The notes under the pieces were generated by a model that did no database searches, had not been told where the DNA came from, and saw only the letters and a program-made list of their open reading frames with translations. From Callorhinchus milii (lineage: Eukaryota), in NCBI RefSeq assembly GCF_018977255.1, contig NW_024704742.1, positions 72,480,001-72,544,000 on the forward strand: DNA of 64,000 nucleotides. Reading direction: 5' to 3'. Positions 12,020-24,440 of this stretch are shown one piece after another. A program made the position numbers and the translations under genes. The first letter of the stretch is position 1. The number at the start of each line of letters is the position of its first letter.

Positions 12020-13194
12020 GTCATGGTTTGAAAGCACCTGTGATCATGTGGATGATTGGAGCTCAAAATATCTTAGGCTTTCACTTCACTGCAGTGGCTA
12101 ATAATGCCAATAATTTGAAACTTTTTTTCTCCAAGCTATATATATCAGCATAGCAGCAGAAAGCAGAGTGAAACCAGCAATATCTGACTACCATTATTTG
12201 ATGTAAATGAGAATTTTTAGTTCTGTGCTTAACAAGAGAAGATTTTAGCTCTACAAAACCTTTTACATAAGGTTTTCGAAAGTGGCGAACCACTGTAAAA
12301 CCTTGCAATCCATGTCTAGTGCTGTGTGTTTGGTGGTTGATTGTGGGACATTGTTGCATGATATGTGCAAATTGGCTGCCGTGTTTACTTACAATGCACT
12401 GTCACCCCACTTTACAGTAAATCATATGAAGCACTTTCAGATGTCTCACTGTTATGATAGGCCGCGATATCAAATGCAAGGTTTGTGTTAACTGGCGAGA
12501 CTAGATTGTTTATGAAGCTTTAGTGTGACTGATTTGTGATCTGTAGCCAGAACACTGGAATCATTTAAGAAACCATTTGACACTGGAATCGTAAGATGGT
12601 GGTGGAGGTAGTTGTGGGGGTGGGAATATTCAGAAAGAATGAGAGCAAATAAAGCAAACGGGATGTTCTTAATCCGAATGTATCTTGTGATTTGTTTCAA
12701 ACTGGTAGAAACACTGCTGATCATCCACTGTATGCTAACCATAGGGAGCAACACTGCTCATACTAAAGAAAATGTTCACCTATAAAATACACTCACTTCA
12801 CTTTACAGTAACCCTAGAAACGGTTTGAGATAGCCTTGTGATTTGAAAGGTGCTATATCAAAAGCAAGGATCATTATTGTTATTATAAATAAGGTTTCCG
12901 CAGTAATAATAATTAATAATATTCATTCTTGCATTTCGTATAGCACCTTTCATGTCAAAAATAATCAATGTGGTTATCCATAATGTGCTGTGATATAAAA
13001 TAGTGATGTTGAGTTTTAATTGTTGTTATCCTTTGGGGTTTCTTGATTCTAATTTGTATTTAATTTCCTGTTGTTTGTTTCCAATATTTACTAACCTTGT
13101 CTGACTCAATGCAAATGTTTAATGAACCATAACAGCTTAAAATTATGGCACAAAAGATCGAGTCTGCACCAGCTCTAGAGGCAAGATGTTCATG

Positions 13195-13490
13195 CAATCC
13201 CACTACCCTAACTCATCCCCACCGCGGAAGCAGCTTCCCCAATTGTTCAGACATCCACCTTTTGGAATTCCATCCCACAGTCCCTCCACCTCGATCCCTC
13301 CCTTGCCTCCTTCAAGACCCGTCTCAAGACCCTCCTCTTCGATCGTGTCTTCGATCGCTTCTTCCCCCTCTGCCAGCCACCGCCCCGATCCCGACCCCCA
13401 ACTCGCGTCCAAAACACTTTAATTTCCAGCACCCTGGGATGCCCTCCTGACGTGAAAGGCGCTTTACAAATGTAATTTTGTTTTATTTTG
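13195..13490 (+). mobile_element. L2 LINE 3' end
   Basis: LWNSIP and SFKTRLKTLLF remnants plus the L2 tail. Confidence 0.85.
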
Positions 13491-13494
13491 GTGT

Positions 13495-13790
13495 ATTGCA
13501 TGGGCTGATAATTGACAAAAAAGTTTAATACTGATAAATGCAAAGTACTACATATAGGATTCAAGAATAGGAAACGAAACACAAGTGCTCCATAAATGGG
13601 ACAGAAATTGCCAATAGAGAAGCTGAAAGAGATCTAGGGGTTTTAGCTCACTTGTCGTTCACTACATAAATACAGTCTGAAGCAGCAATAAACAAGGCAA
13701 ACAGGAGGTTGGGTTTTATCGCTGAACCAGTTAAGTTTAGATGCCCAGATGTCATACTCAAGGATGTAGAGTGTTCACACCCTTCAGTAT
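13495..13790 (+). mobile_element. Old CR1 ORF2 fragment
   Basis: KFNTDKCKVLHIG, ERDLGV and KANRRLGFI remnants. Confidence 0.75.
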
Positions 13791-13928
13791 AGTTGGTCAT
13801 TGTGACATAAAGGACTTGTAAAGGAGAGCAGTGAGAGTCAACACAACTGTGGGTGGAGCAGCTCCAGACGTGCATGCGGGGTGCAATGTGAGCTTTGCTC
13901 AACCCGAGGCCCTGCTGTTGAGATTATT

Positions 13929-14405
13929 TGTGTGTGTCTCTCTCCTCCGTATGTGTGTTTTTGTGTCTGAGAATGTCTGAGTGTGTGTCTCTCTCTGTGC
14001 CTGTGATTGAGTGTGTGTGTGTCTCTCTTTGTCTGATTGTGTGCATGTTTTTCTCTTTCTATGAGTGCGCATGTCTGTGAATGCGTGTCTGTGAGTGTGT
14101 ATCTGTGAGTGCACCTCTGTGTCTGTGAGTGCATCTCTGTGTCTGTGAGTGTGTATCTGTGAGTGTGTGTCTGTGAGTGCGCCTCTGTGTCTATGAGCGC
14201 GCCTCTGTGTCTGTGAGTGCGCCTGTGTGTCTGTGAGTGTGTGTCTGTAAGTGCGTCTGTGTCTGTGAGTGTGTGTCTGTGAATCTGTCTCTGTGAGTGT
14301 GTCTCTATGTCTGTGAGTGTGTGTCTGTGAGTGCGTCTCTGTGTCTGTGAGTCTGTGTCTGTGAGTGTGTCTCTGTGTCTGTGAGTGTGTCTGTGAGTGC
14401 GTCTC
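13929..14405. repeat. Compound TG/TC microsatellite (GTGTCTGTGA-type units)
   Basis: Seen directly; accounts for the spurious THRH-rich ORFs. Confidence 0.95.
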
Positions 14406-15760
14406 CTTTTAATGCAGCGCTGCGGACAGCTCCGGTGCATTTGCGTGGGCCGGACAGCCTTGGTACCCTTTTTTCCATTATATAGACTCCCTGGTCCATC
14501 ATGAGCCATCGTCATCAAGTAACCCCGCACTCATCTTGGTGGGATCAATCGATTCCTATTTTCTCTTCGCCAGAGCAATGTTGAACCCTCCACTAGAAGA
14601 TCCTTTTCTCTAGGCCAAATTGGAAGGTTTTCCAGCTGTCCTGACTCCAGGTTGGTCGCTAGCTGTATTAGTTCAGGGGTCGATGGATATTTACAATCCA
14701 CCACCCCAGTTACATAAATCACTGCTGCTGCGGCACCATAATCCCCCATTTTAACTCCTGAAGCGAGCATGGGTGGCGGACGCATTGTGCTCAATAATTT
14801 GTTAGGATTGCCTTTATAATCCTAACATTAATAACTGCCCTCAAATAAACTGTCAGTATAATAAAAACGGTAATGCTGTTAAGCTCTCTTCACTGCAGAC
14901 TCCCAATGCTCTGGTTTGACGTGGATCTAAATCGGAGGCTAAAATAAAACCTCTTCTCTCCGGTGGCGTTGCTAGGAGAAGCATTTCCCTCCAAAGTTCA
15001 TTTAAAAATAACTCCATCACTTTGGATGCTAGGAACCTGGCGTATCCCTTCCCTAACATCTGAATTTCATCTAATTTTCTGGAAGACCTTTATCCCTGAT
15101 AATGGTACATTTAATTTTACTCAGTGCTGTTACCAAATTGTCCCAGTCTGGGTTTATTTAATCCTTCCACCTCTTATCTATCATGGACTGCAGATAAATC
15201 TGTACTGTCGCTTTGTTGGGTAAATTCACCAACCCTCCACATCCATAACATCAGGCATCATGCCTGTTAAAGTCTTCAATCCCAATACACTCTCTGTATG
15301 CATAGAGAGTCTAACTGCGCATCATTAAGGTTCGCCACGTGGGTTTTTCCCCACACGTAGCAGACACCTATTAATGGACTACTGAACAGCTCAGTTTCCA
15401 AGTACTTAGATCTGAGCTGGTTTTGCATTTTCTCAATTTGAGACAACTGTGCTGTCTCTTTCAATTGCAATTGACTTATAATGGCCTCTACTCTAATATT
15501 TTTTCAGTTAACTTTCCTATCTCCGCAAGCAAGAATTCAATGCATTTGTTATACTTACATATTTTTCATGAAGGGTTTTGTAACCCTGGTGATGTAGTTA
15601 AATTCCTGACTCATTCTCTATATTTTTTTGATAACTATCAGCCTGTCCTTGGGACGTGGTAGCTTCCCCTCTATATCTATCATATGTCATTGTAATGTCT
15701 CTTGCGGCTAATTTCAAAGTTTTTATTTCTTCCAACTACTTCAATTCTAAGGCTTTACCT

Positions 15761-15822
15761 GTGGAGTCCTGTAGCTCAGTGGTTAGAGCACTCGCCTCAC
15801 AAGAGAGAGACTTGAGTTCGAT
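15761..15822 (+). mobile_element. tRNA-derived SINE head only
   Basis: GTGGAGTCCTGTAGCTCAGTGGTTAGAGCACTCGCC...GAGTTCGAT, then truncated. Confidence 0.75.
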
Positions 15823-16396
15823 ACATCTGCCTCTAATAAGCCACACAACACAGCAATACACTTAGGGAAACAAATACAACAACAACAACGTGGATTTATA
15901 TAGTGCCCTTCATGCAGGGTAGCTTCCCCCCGCACTTGGTAAGACAAAATTGGTAATATACAATTTGGTAATACAGTGCTTAGTAATACACAATCACCAC
16001 TGAAGAGTTTATTGATTGACATGAAACTTACGTTATTTAAGTGACATAACTGTAATGGATGACACTATCACCTTAGCTTATTTGAACACAAAAGCTGCTT
16101 GATAAGTGATGAGTCAATTGATAAGTGACTTATCAATTGATAAGTGATGCAGTCAGTAAGCAGAGTGTAACAAACATACATCCAAGACAAAGCCTTACAT
16201 TTACAAAGCCTAATTTCAGACAAGTATTAGAGCAACATTTTATTTATGTGTCTAGTTTTGAGAATCTGATACCACTCAATTGATTAGGAATCACATATTT
16301 TTATCTGGAGGAAGAAAGATGCCTATTACCTTGCTGTACAACAACAACAACAAACACTTATATAGTGTCCTCCATGCAGGGTAGTGTCTCAGAGCG

Positions 16397-17013
16397 CTTT
16401 ATCACCTCAAGGCTGGACTACGGGAACTCTCTCCTCACCGGCCTTCCCGGCACCTCCCTCCACACTGCAGGTCATTCAGAACTCTGCAGCTCGTGTACTG
16501 TCCTGCACCAGACACCGCGACCACATCACTCCCACCCTCGCTCGCCTCCACTGGCTCCCCATCCCCCAGAGGATCAAATTCAAGATCCTCCTTCTCACCT
16601 ACAAGGCCATTCACGGCCTCGCTCCCTCCTACCTCTCCAACCTACTATCACCCTACTTACCTACCCGTACCCTCCGTTCCTCTGGCTCCGGTCTGCTCCA
16701 CATCCCCCGCCCCAACCGCCCTACCGTCGGTGGCCGGGCCTTCAGCCTCTCAGCCCCGAGGCTCTGGAACTCCATCCCCCAATGTCTTCGCCGCTTCCTC
16801 CCTTTCCTCCTTCAAGGCCAGTCTCAAGATTTTTCTCTTTCACCGTGCCTTCAGCTCCCCTCTCAACTCTCTACCCCCTCCTCGCTCCCTCCCTTTCCTC
16901 CCCCTGACCATTTCCCCCCTGCTCAGGTCCTGACCCAACTGTCCAGCGCCTTGGGACGTCCTCCCTACATGAAAGGCGCTCTATAAATTAAATCTTGTTG
17001 TTGTTGTTGTTGT
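16397..17013 (+). mobile_element. L2 LINE 3' end, young subfamily
   Basis: FITSRLDYGNSLL, QNSAARVL, HWLPIPQRIKFK, tail and (TTG)n. Confidence 0.92.
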
Positions 17014-17029
17014 TAAGTGTCGGAGCCTG

Positions 17030-17660
17030 ACTCTGAGCTGGGTGGGGGTGGGGGGAAGGTGGCTGTAAGCACGGTCGAAAAGGAAGATTTTCAGGCGGGA
17101 CTTAAAAAAAGGGGAGAGAGGGGACAAGGCGGAGGGATTGAGGGAGAGTGTTCCAGAATTTTGGGGCGTAGTGGCTGTAAGCGTGACCTCTGATGGTAGG
17201 GCGGATGGTGCAAGGAACGAGCAGGAGGCCGGTGCCAGTCGAGCAGAAGCACTGGGTGGTGGATTGGGGAGTGAGGAGGTTGGAGAGGTAGGGATGTGCC
17301 AGGGAGTGAAAGGATTTGAACACGAGTGTGAGGATCTTGAAGTCGATCCGTTCGATGATGGGGAGCCAGTGGAGCCTGGTCAGAACTGGTGAGACGTGGG
17401 TACGGAGTTTGGTCGGGTCAGTATGTGGGCGGTAGAGTTCTGAATGAGCTGGATCTTTTGAATGGTGGAGCTGGGGAGACCGGCGAGGAGTGTGTTTGAG
17501 TAAACAAGACAGGAGATGACAAACGTATGCACGAGGGTTTCAGCTGTATTTGGGGTAAGGTACAGTCAGAGCCGGGCAATGTGGTGGAGGAAGAAGATCC
17601 TGGTCAGGGACCGGATGCGGGGGAGGAAGGACAGCTGGGGGTCAAACTGGATGCCAGTAT
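17030..17660 (-). mobile_element. L2 LINE 3' fragment
   Basis: FKSFHSLAHPYLSNLL and APKFWNTLPQSLR; antiparallel to the neighbouring copy. Confidence 0.85.
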
Positions 17661-17679
17661 GTACATGACGTAACTGATA

Positions 17680-17960
17680 GTCTCTGACCTTAAATTCATC
17701 TTTGCCTCATAGAATGTCATTTGTCCCAACATAAACCACAACAACTGGATCTGCCCCCTCCCTTTACAAATTCATCTTCAGCCTCCTCAAGATAGCCCTT
17801 ACCCTGGCACCAGGTAGGCAACACACTCTTTGAGACCTTCGTTCATGTTTACAGTGGATGCTATCTATGGCCCTAACTATTGAAGCCTCTGCTACATTTC
17901 TATTCTGTTCCTACCCCCTTCTGCTCCACAGTGCCTTGGTCTGCATTGTGGTTGTCCCCC
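17680..17960 (-). mobile_element. CR1 ORF1 (esterase-like) fragment
   Basis: SIVRAIDS..RVCCLPGARV..DPVVVVYVGTNDI. Confidence 0.8.
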
Positions 17961-19350
17961 CCGCAGTCTTTCTCCTTGTGTTCACGCTCCCAAGCCCCCA
18001 TCTTGTTACTGGTGCCCAATTATCACAGGCCTTTTTAGCTTCTTTAAGATAGGTTGATGGCCAATAACCATAAACTGCAGTGACAGGGTTTATTCCACTG
18101 ATACACTGTCATTTATTGGGCTATTTTCATACAGATAATCTTCCAGTTTGCTTTAATGAGTTTTCCATTTATTAAGATCAGACAAATGTGTTTATAGTTG
18201 ACAGGTAATAATAATAATAATAATCCTTGCATCAGGTATAGCTTTTTCACCTCTCTTATCCACATTTGCTTGCTTCCAGTCTATTGGTTGAAATTCTGGT
18301 GGATAAATATTAAAAGAATTAATGTCATTTAGTTTTTTGTTTTCCCCCCAGAGCAGTTGCATTCACATCGTCTGTAGAACCATCTCGCAAGTGGTAAGTG
18401 GTGCAGCCAATCACAGTCTGGCAATCTCAAGCCCATTCACAACAACAACTTGGATTTATATAACACCCTCACCCGGGATAGTACCTTGGAGCGCTTAACA
18501 CTTTTGCAGAATTTATTGCCGAATCGAGGAGAGATGGGAGATGACTGTACATATGGTTGAAAAGAAAGGTCTTCAAGATAGTTAGGGAACTCAACAATGT
18601 CAAAGAACTAGTTTTGATGAGATGACTGACTGTAAGCAGTTAAGCTGATCGTGACTCAAAGCAGATTTTCTTATAAATGGCTTGCACAAATGCGAGGCAG
18701 TTATAAATCAGTGTTGATCATAACGCAGCCTAAATTAATGGAATTTACAGAATAAACTAACCCTCGTCTTTACCTCATCCATTAATGAGAGCCAATTAAG
18801 GTTTTTACTGTGATAATGTTAGGATTTTGGGTGGGTTATGTTATTTTACTCTCCAAATTCTGTCATTGATTCCACAGAATCTGTCCCCTCTAGTGGTAAT
18901 TGAAACCCTAATCATGTTGTCTCACAAACTTCCCAGTTGAATGGAAAGTTGTTATCAGTAGATCTTGTATAATTTTCCAATGCAATCTAATTTGTTAGCA
19001 TTCCCACCAGACCAGATGTACAAACCTCCAACCCAAGGAAGAAATGTAAATTTCAATTCATTTTAACCTCTGGAGTAATGGATGTTGCAAATCTAGTCAA
19101 AAATAATTCTCCACAAAGAACTGCAGATATGTCTCCATCTAGTGGAGTCAATATATATCGATAGGTTGAAGGCCCATAAAGCAATAATAGCCCTTGGATA
19201 CATCTGCCAAGGAAAGAATCCAGAACAGGATTTCCGTCACCTCTTTATAGAAAGTTTGGCATCAACTCTATGGAACAACTCTGCCAATACCATTGATAGA
19301 AAAGGCTATTGGTCTGTGATGCCAACTACATTTTGCATTGTAGTTGACAT

Positions 19351-19680
19351 CACAGGGAGCGAAAGACCTGGGTTCGATTTCCGGCAGGGCAAACGTTGAA
19401 CAAGTTTCCTTACTCCAAATGCCTCTGTTTACCTAGCAGTAAGTAGGAACCCAATTGTGAGTCAATGGACGGATTGCTTTTCCAGGGATAATAATTCCTT
19501 CAAAAATAAATAAATAAATAGGTTACTCAATCCATGACTGTGTGTGGGACGTTGCTGTGCACAATCAGTTGCCACGTTTCTCCTATAAAATGTACAGTTA
19601 ATTCACTTTACAGTATATTCTGTGAAGCACTTTGAGACGTCTCAAAGACGTGATAAAGTGCTATATCAAATGCATTGATT
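19351..19680 (+). mobile_element. tRNA-derived SINE, slightly 5'-truncated
   Basis: B box GGTTCGATT, CCTCTGTTTACCTAGCAGTAAGTAGG body, core and tail. Confidence 0.85.
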
Positions 19681-20873
19681 TTGTGAAGAATTAATGTACA
19701 TCATACACAGATAACAGAATGTCAAGTTGCTTTGGGATTAAAAAAGGCAACCCCGAGAGGCAGGAGGTGGTGACCTCCAGGAGCACCAGTCAGGTCACTG
19801 GTGAGCTTTGTGAGCAACGCTGGTGTTTGGCGAATCTCCAGGCCTTCAAATGCCGTGTGGGGTGAAAAAGGACTTTCGGGCTGGTGTCTCCCACCCTGAG
19901 TGAACCACTCAATTTTTGTTAAAGAAAGCATTAAAATATTTTTACACAAATCTAATTTTTGTTATTTCTTCATGTTTAGTTTTTATCAGTAATGTGAAAA
20001 AATGTAGGTTGGCAGTAAAATGTAGCTCAATAACAACAAAAAAACCCCCACACAATTTTCTGCAAAATTTGTCAAATTTCCCTGCAATTTTTGGTAAATG
20101 TTTCCGCACATCCGCACATTCCCAGACAGGAATCGCCACTTATTGCTAGTCAGGAATCAGCACTTATTCCCAGACAAGTATCCACATAAATCCCAAGATG
20201 GATTTCCACACTTGTCCCTAGACAGGTATCTGTGAAATATCTGTATTATCCTTAGTGAGATATCTGTACAAGCTCTGAAATGTATGAGTGAGACCATGAG
20301 GTACTGCCCCTCTTCCCAACTAACTGCAATAATTCAATACTTCACACCCTATTCTTTTCCTCTTCTCCCTGTTATTCACTGAATTATTTTATTACTACAA
20401 ATGGTGCTTTAAAGACCTACATATCTCGGTTGCCATAGTAATGGTGACTGCCGTCTCCACTTTCAGAATTCGTCACAATGGCAACTGGAACATATCAATC
20501 ATTTTAAACACATCACTGTCATTCTCTGACAACAGAATAATTACATTGATATTGTGAACATTTCCTTACAAATGTCTATCCATTCTGCATGCTTTTACAG
20601 CTCAGAATAAAATTAGTGAAATAAAATAGAAGGGATTAGAATTGTGATAATCCTAATAATCTGTGCATTTGATACAGCAGCTATTACATTGGGAGGACAT
20701 CGCAAATTGCTACACAACATTTACTATAAAGTGTTGTGACTGTATTTTTGTTGTAGGTAAAAACAGCAGTCAATTTAGACACAGCAATGTCCCATAATCG
20801 ACCAATGAAACCTTAAATTGACCACTATGATATTATACCACTATGCATTGTGATTATAATGGAAATCACGAAA

Positions 20874-21195
20874 TGGAGTCCTTTAGAGGACTCGCATCGC
20901 AAATGAGAAGACCTGGGTTCAATTCCCAAGCAGAGTGAAATGTTGCCTAGCAGTTAGAAGGAACCTGGTTGTTAGTTGATTGGCAGATCTCGTTTCCCGG
21001 GGTAATAAACCCTCCAAAAATTATACTAATAATTTGGTCACTCAATCCAAGACTATTTGTGGGACACTGCTGTGCGCAATTGGCTGCCGCTTTTCGCCCA
21101 CATTATAGTCAATTCACTATACAGTGTATTCTGTGAAGCACTTTGAGACATCTCAAAGACATGGTAAGGTGCTATATCAAATGCAAGGATTATCA
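20874..21195 (+). mobile_element. tRNA-derived SINE
   Basis: Head, body and tail as in the other copies. Confidence 0.8.
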
Positions 21196-21317
21196 AATAA
21201 TTGTAGCCTGCTACAGCTGTTGTTTTTAGAATAAAACTGTGAAGATAAGAGCTCTCAAGCAACTGTATCTCTGTTCTCCAGAGCAGGTAAATGTGCCTTT
21301 TCTATATCTTTGAAATA

Positions 21318-21829
21318 CAGTGGAAGCTATTTAAGACGGACACTAGTTAATCACGGACGCCGGGTAAATCAGATAAAACGCCCGGTCCAGATTCATTTGT
21401 ATTCCCAGCTATTTTAAGTATACCAGCTAATCATGGATGTCGGTTAATCCAGACAAAATGCCGTGCTGGTCATCGCTGCATCTAACTTACTCTGTCTCGA
21501 GGTGGCGCTGGGATGGAGATGGGAGGAATCAAATTGCGACTGATTGACAGAGAACTCCAGCCATTCACAAGAGGCTCAATGAAGGTACAGAGGAATGGGG
21601 CAGAATCAAGGGAGGGAATGGGAGGAGTTAAATTGTGATCGATTGCTGGAGCCACTTGTGAATGGATGGAGGACTCCAGGTATTCAATCACCTTGGGGTC
21701 GCCACTAATTGGTCCAATGGAAATGTCAATGGGAGGGAAGAGGTAAGAGAACTTTGGTTAACCTCGGACTCCGCGTATACCAGACAAACTGCCTGTCCCC
21801 GATGTGTCCGGCTTAAGTGGCTTCCACTG
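21318..21829. mobile_element. Tigger/pogo-type (Tc1-mariner superfamily) MITE, 512 bp
   Basis: 26-bp TIRs CAGTGGAAGCTATTTAAGACGGACAC and GTGTCCGGCTTAAGTGGCTTCCACTG (23/26), TA on both flanks. Confidence 0.88.
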
Positions 21830-22169
21830 TACTGTTAATAAATTGTTAAATAAGTTGGCCTCTGTGAGCTTGATCATCTGGTGTCCAAAACCTGAAGTTT
21901 TATTTTATTTATATTCTATTATATTATTATTATTCATTTTATTTATATTTTGGTCAGCCAGGTGTCTGACTTGCAGAAACCTTAAGAGTAAGGATAAGAT
22001 AAAGCTTAAGAATATCCAAAGCAAAATGAGAATTCCATGCATCCTACGTACACTTGGAAATTCCTGTGTATTGAAATGGAATGTGCATATCCTTAACCCC
22101 AGGTACTGATCTGCCCCTCCAATTCCTACCCCTGAGGCAGGCTGGCTGGCCGGTCACTAGCAGTGCCTG

Positions 22170-22551
22170 AGTACTGTAGCTTAGTGGTTAGAACACTCAC
22201 CTCACAAGCGAGAGATCTGGGTTCCTTTGCCGGCAGGGCGAAACGTTTGGCAAGTTTCCTTATGCCACACCCTTCTGTTTACCTAGCAATAAGTAGGAAC
22301 CCGGTTGTTAGTCAATTGGCAGATCATTTTTCTTGGGATAATAATTCCTTCAAAAATAATAATAATAATAAATTGGTCACTCAATCAACGACTGTTTGCG
22401 GGACACTGCCGTGTGCAATTGGCTGCCGCATTTTGTCCACAAAATTTATGGGTAATTCACTTGCAGTATATTCTGTGAAGCTATACAATACATTGAGACA
22501 TCTTGAAGATGTGATAAGGCGCTATATCAAATGCAAGGATTATTATTATTA
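22170..22551 (+). mobile_element. tRNA-derived SINE, full length
   Basis: Head, body, core and (TTA)n tail. Confidence 0.88.
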
Positions 22552-23057
22552 CTGCAGACCTACTTGGTTCACGAACCGAACAACCAACACTGCCACAGGG
22601 GGTTGATTTGATTCCTACATTCTGTTAAGAAGCATATCATCTTAGAACCAGTTCAGGTCCAAGAGAAGCTTGTTATCCTCCACACCCCCACAGCAACTAA
22701 GTCAGGCAGACATCCAAATCTTTGCATTTGATATGACACCTTTCAGATTGGGAGGATATCTCAAAAGTTCCTTACAGGATTAACTGTAAACTCTAGTTAT
22801 TGAAGTTTTTCTTGCAAACGAATTATTGAGCAGACCCCGTTTCTCACTCAGCTCTCTGTCCTTGTTTATGTGCCACGAGCTGATAGAATGATAGAAATTT
22901 ACAGCACAGAAGAAGGCCATCCAGCCCAGCGAGAGCACTGCCTCCCAGAGCAAACTGTTCATTTAATCCCACTGCTTTATCGCCAAGTTGTTTCAAACCT
23001 CTATCTTTCATATACCTATCTATTTCTCCCTTCAAAGCCACAATGTACTCTGCCTCC

Positions 23058-24440
23058 AACAACAACAAATTAGATTTGTATAGGCATTTCACATCGGGAC
23101 GACGTCCCAAGGAGCTGGACAGTCAGGGATTTGGACCCTCGCTGGGGGTTGTGATCAGGAGGGGTGGAGAGCAGGGAGGGTGACCAAAGGCACCGTCGAA
23201 GAGAAAGGTCGGTGGAGTGTTTGGGGAAATGGATAGCGGTAGAAAGGGCAGAGACAGTGAATGGATCTCCTTGTTTTTGGACTTGAAGGAGTCCAGCATC
23301 TCCTTGCAGTTGGAGTTGGAGGAAAGGATGGGTGATGCATTAGAGAGTGGACAGAGGAGCCGGTTTGTGGTGAAGAGGAGCCTGGGGTTGTCCTTGGAGA
23401 TTATCTTGGCGTAGAAGGACAATTTAGCAGAGGTGAGGGCAGAATGGTAGCTCTCGATGTAGTCCAGACACATCTGACAATGGACCTTTAGTTTAGATTT
23501 GAGCCAGGTGGGTGCGGTAACATGCACCTATGCCTTGAGGGAGCGGAGGTAGCTGGTGTACCAGGGTGAATTGCGTGAGTAGTCGGCAGTTCAGGAGGTG
23601 AGAGGGGCAAGGGCATCAAGGGTGGCGGAGAGGAAGTTGTGCAGGAGAGTCATTGTGGGAGGTAGCGCAGAGTGGGAGGAGTTCAGATGACTCAGGGCAA
23701 TGGAGAGGGAAGGGTGGGAAGATTTTTTTCCCAAGGTGGTAGGATATGGAGGTGGGTTGGGTGGCGGTGGGGAAAGGGATTAAGGAGTTAAGGGAAATGA
23801 AGTAATGGTCCGAGATGGCTTTATTGGTGATGCTGAGGTCCGAGACACTGAGGCCCCAGGTTATCACCAGATGAAGCTGGTGGCCATGGACGTGGGTGGC
23901 AGAGATGATGTGAGAAGAGAGGAGGGAGGAGAAGTCAGAGGAAGTAGAGCTAGAAGGGGTGATGTCGAGATTAAAGTTTCCCAAGATGAGGAGGTGTCGG
24001 AACAGAGGCAGAGAAGGGTGGAGATGTCAGAGAGGAAGGTGGGGAAGGATTTAGGAGGTGCTAAATGAGGAGAATTTTAAGGGAAAGTTTGGAGGGAAGG
24101 TAGAGGGTAAGGTGCTCAAAGTCGGGGAAGGATCCGGAGCACTAAGGGGACAGGCAGTTGGTTTGTAGGATATGATGGAAGGCCACCGGGTGGTGTGGCC
24201 TCAGTCAGGGGGAAGGTATCACCTGGGGTGATCCAGGTTTTTGTGAGAGCAAGCATATTAATGTTTCCATCAACAATGAGGTCTTGGATGGTGAGGACTT
24301 TGTTGGAAAGGGAGCAGACATTGTGTAGGGAAATGCAGAGGGGACAGTTGACAGGAATGTGCAGGATAAGTGGGAGGATTGGCAGGGAGGGTGGGATGAG
24401 GGAGGAGAGGTTTGCCTCTGGGAGCTAGGACCAGTGGGCA
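23058..24440 (-). mobile_element. Internally deleted L2: endonuclease region joined to the 3' tail
   Basis: APE motifs LALTKTW, LGNFN, THVHGHQLHLVIT and ISDH in 23700-24300; L2 tail at 23058-23210; no RT in between. Confidence 0.8.

Noticed and set aside
12488..12754. 88-aa minus-strand ORF between SINE fragments
   Set aside because: No recognisable homology or splice context.
13838..14530. 230-aa His/Thr/Arg-rich ORF
   Set aside because: It is the translation of a microsatellite.
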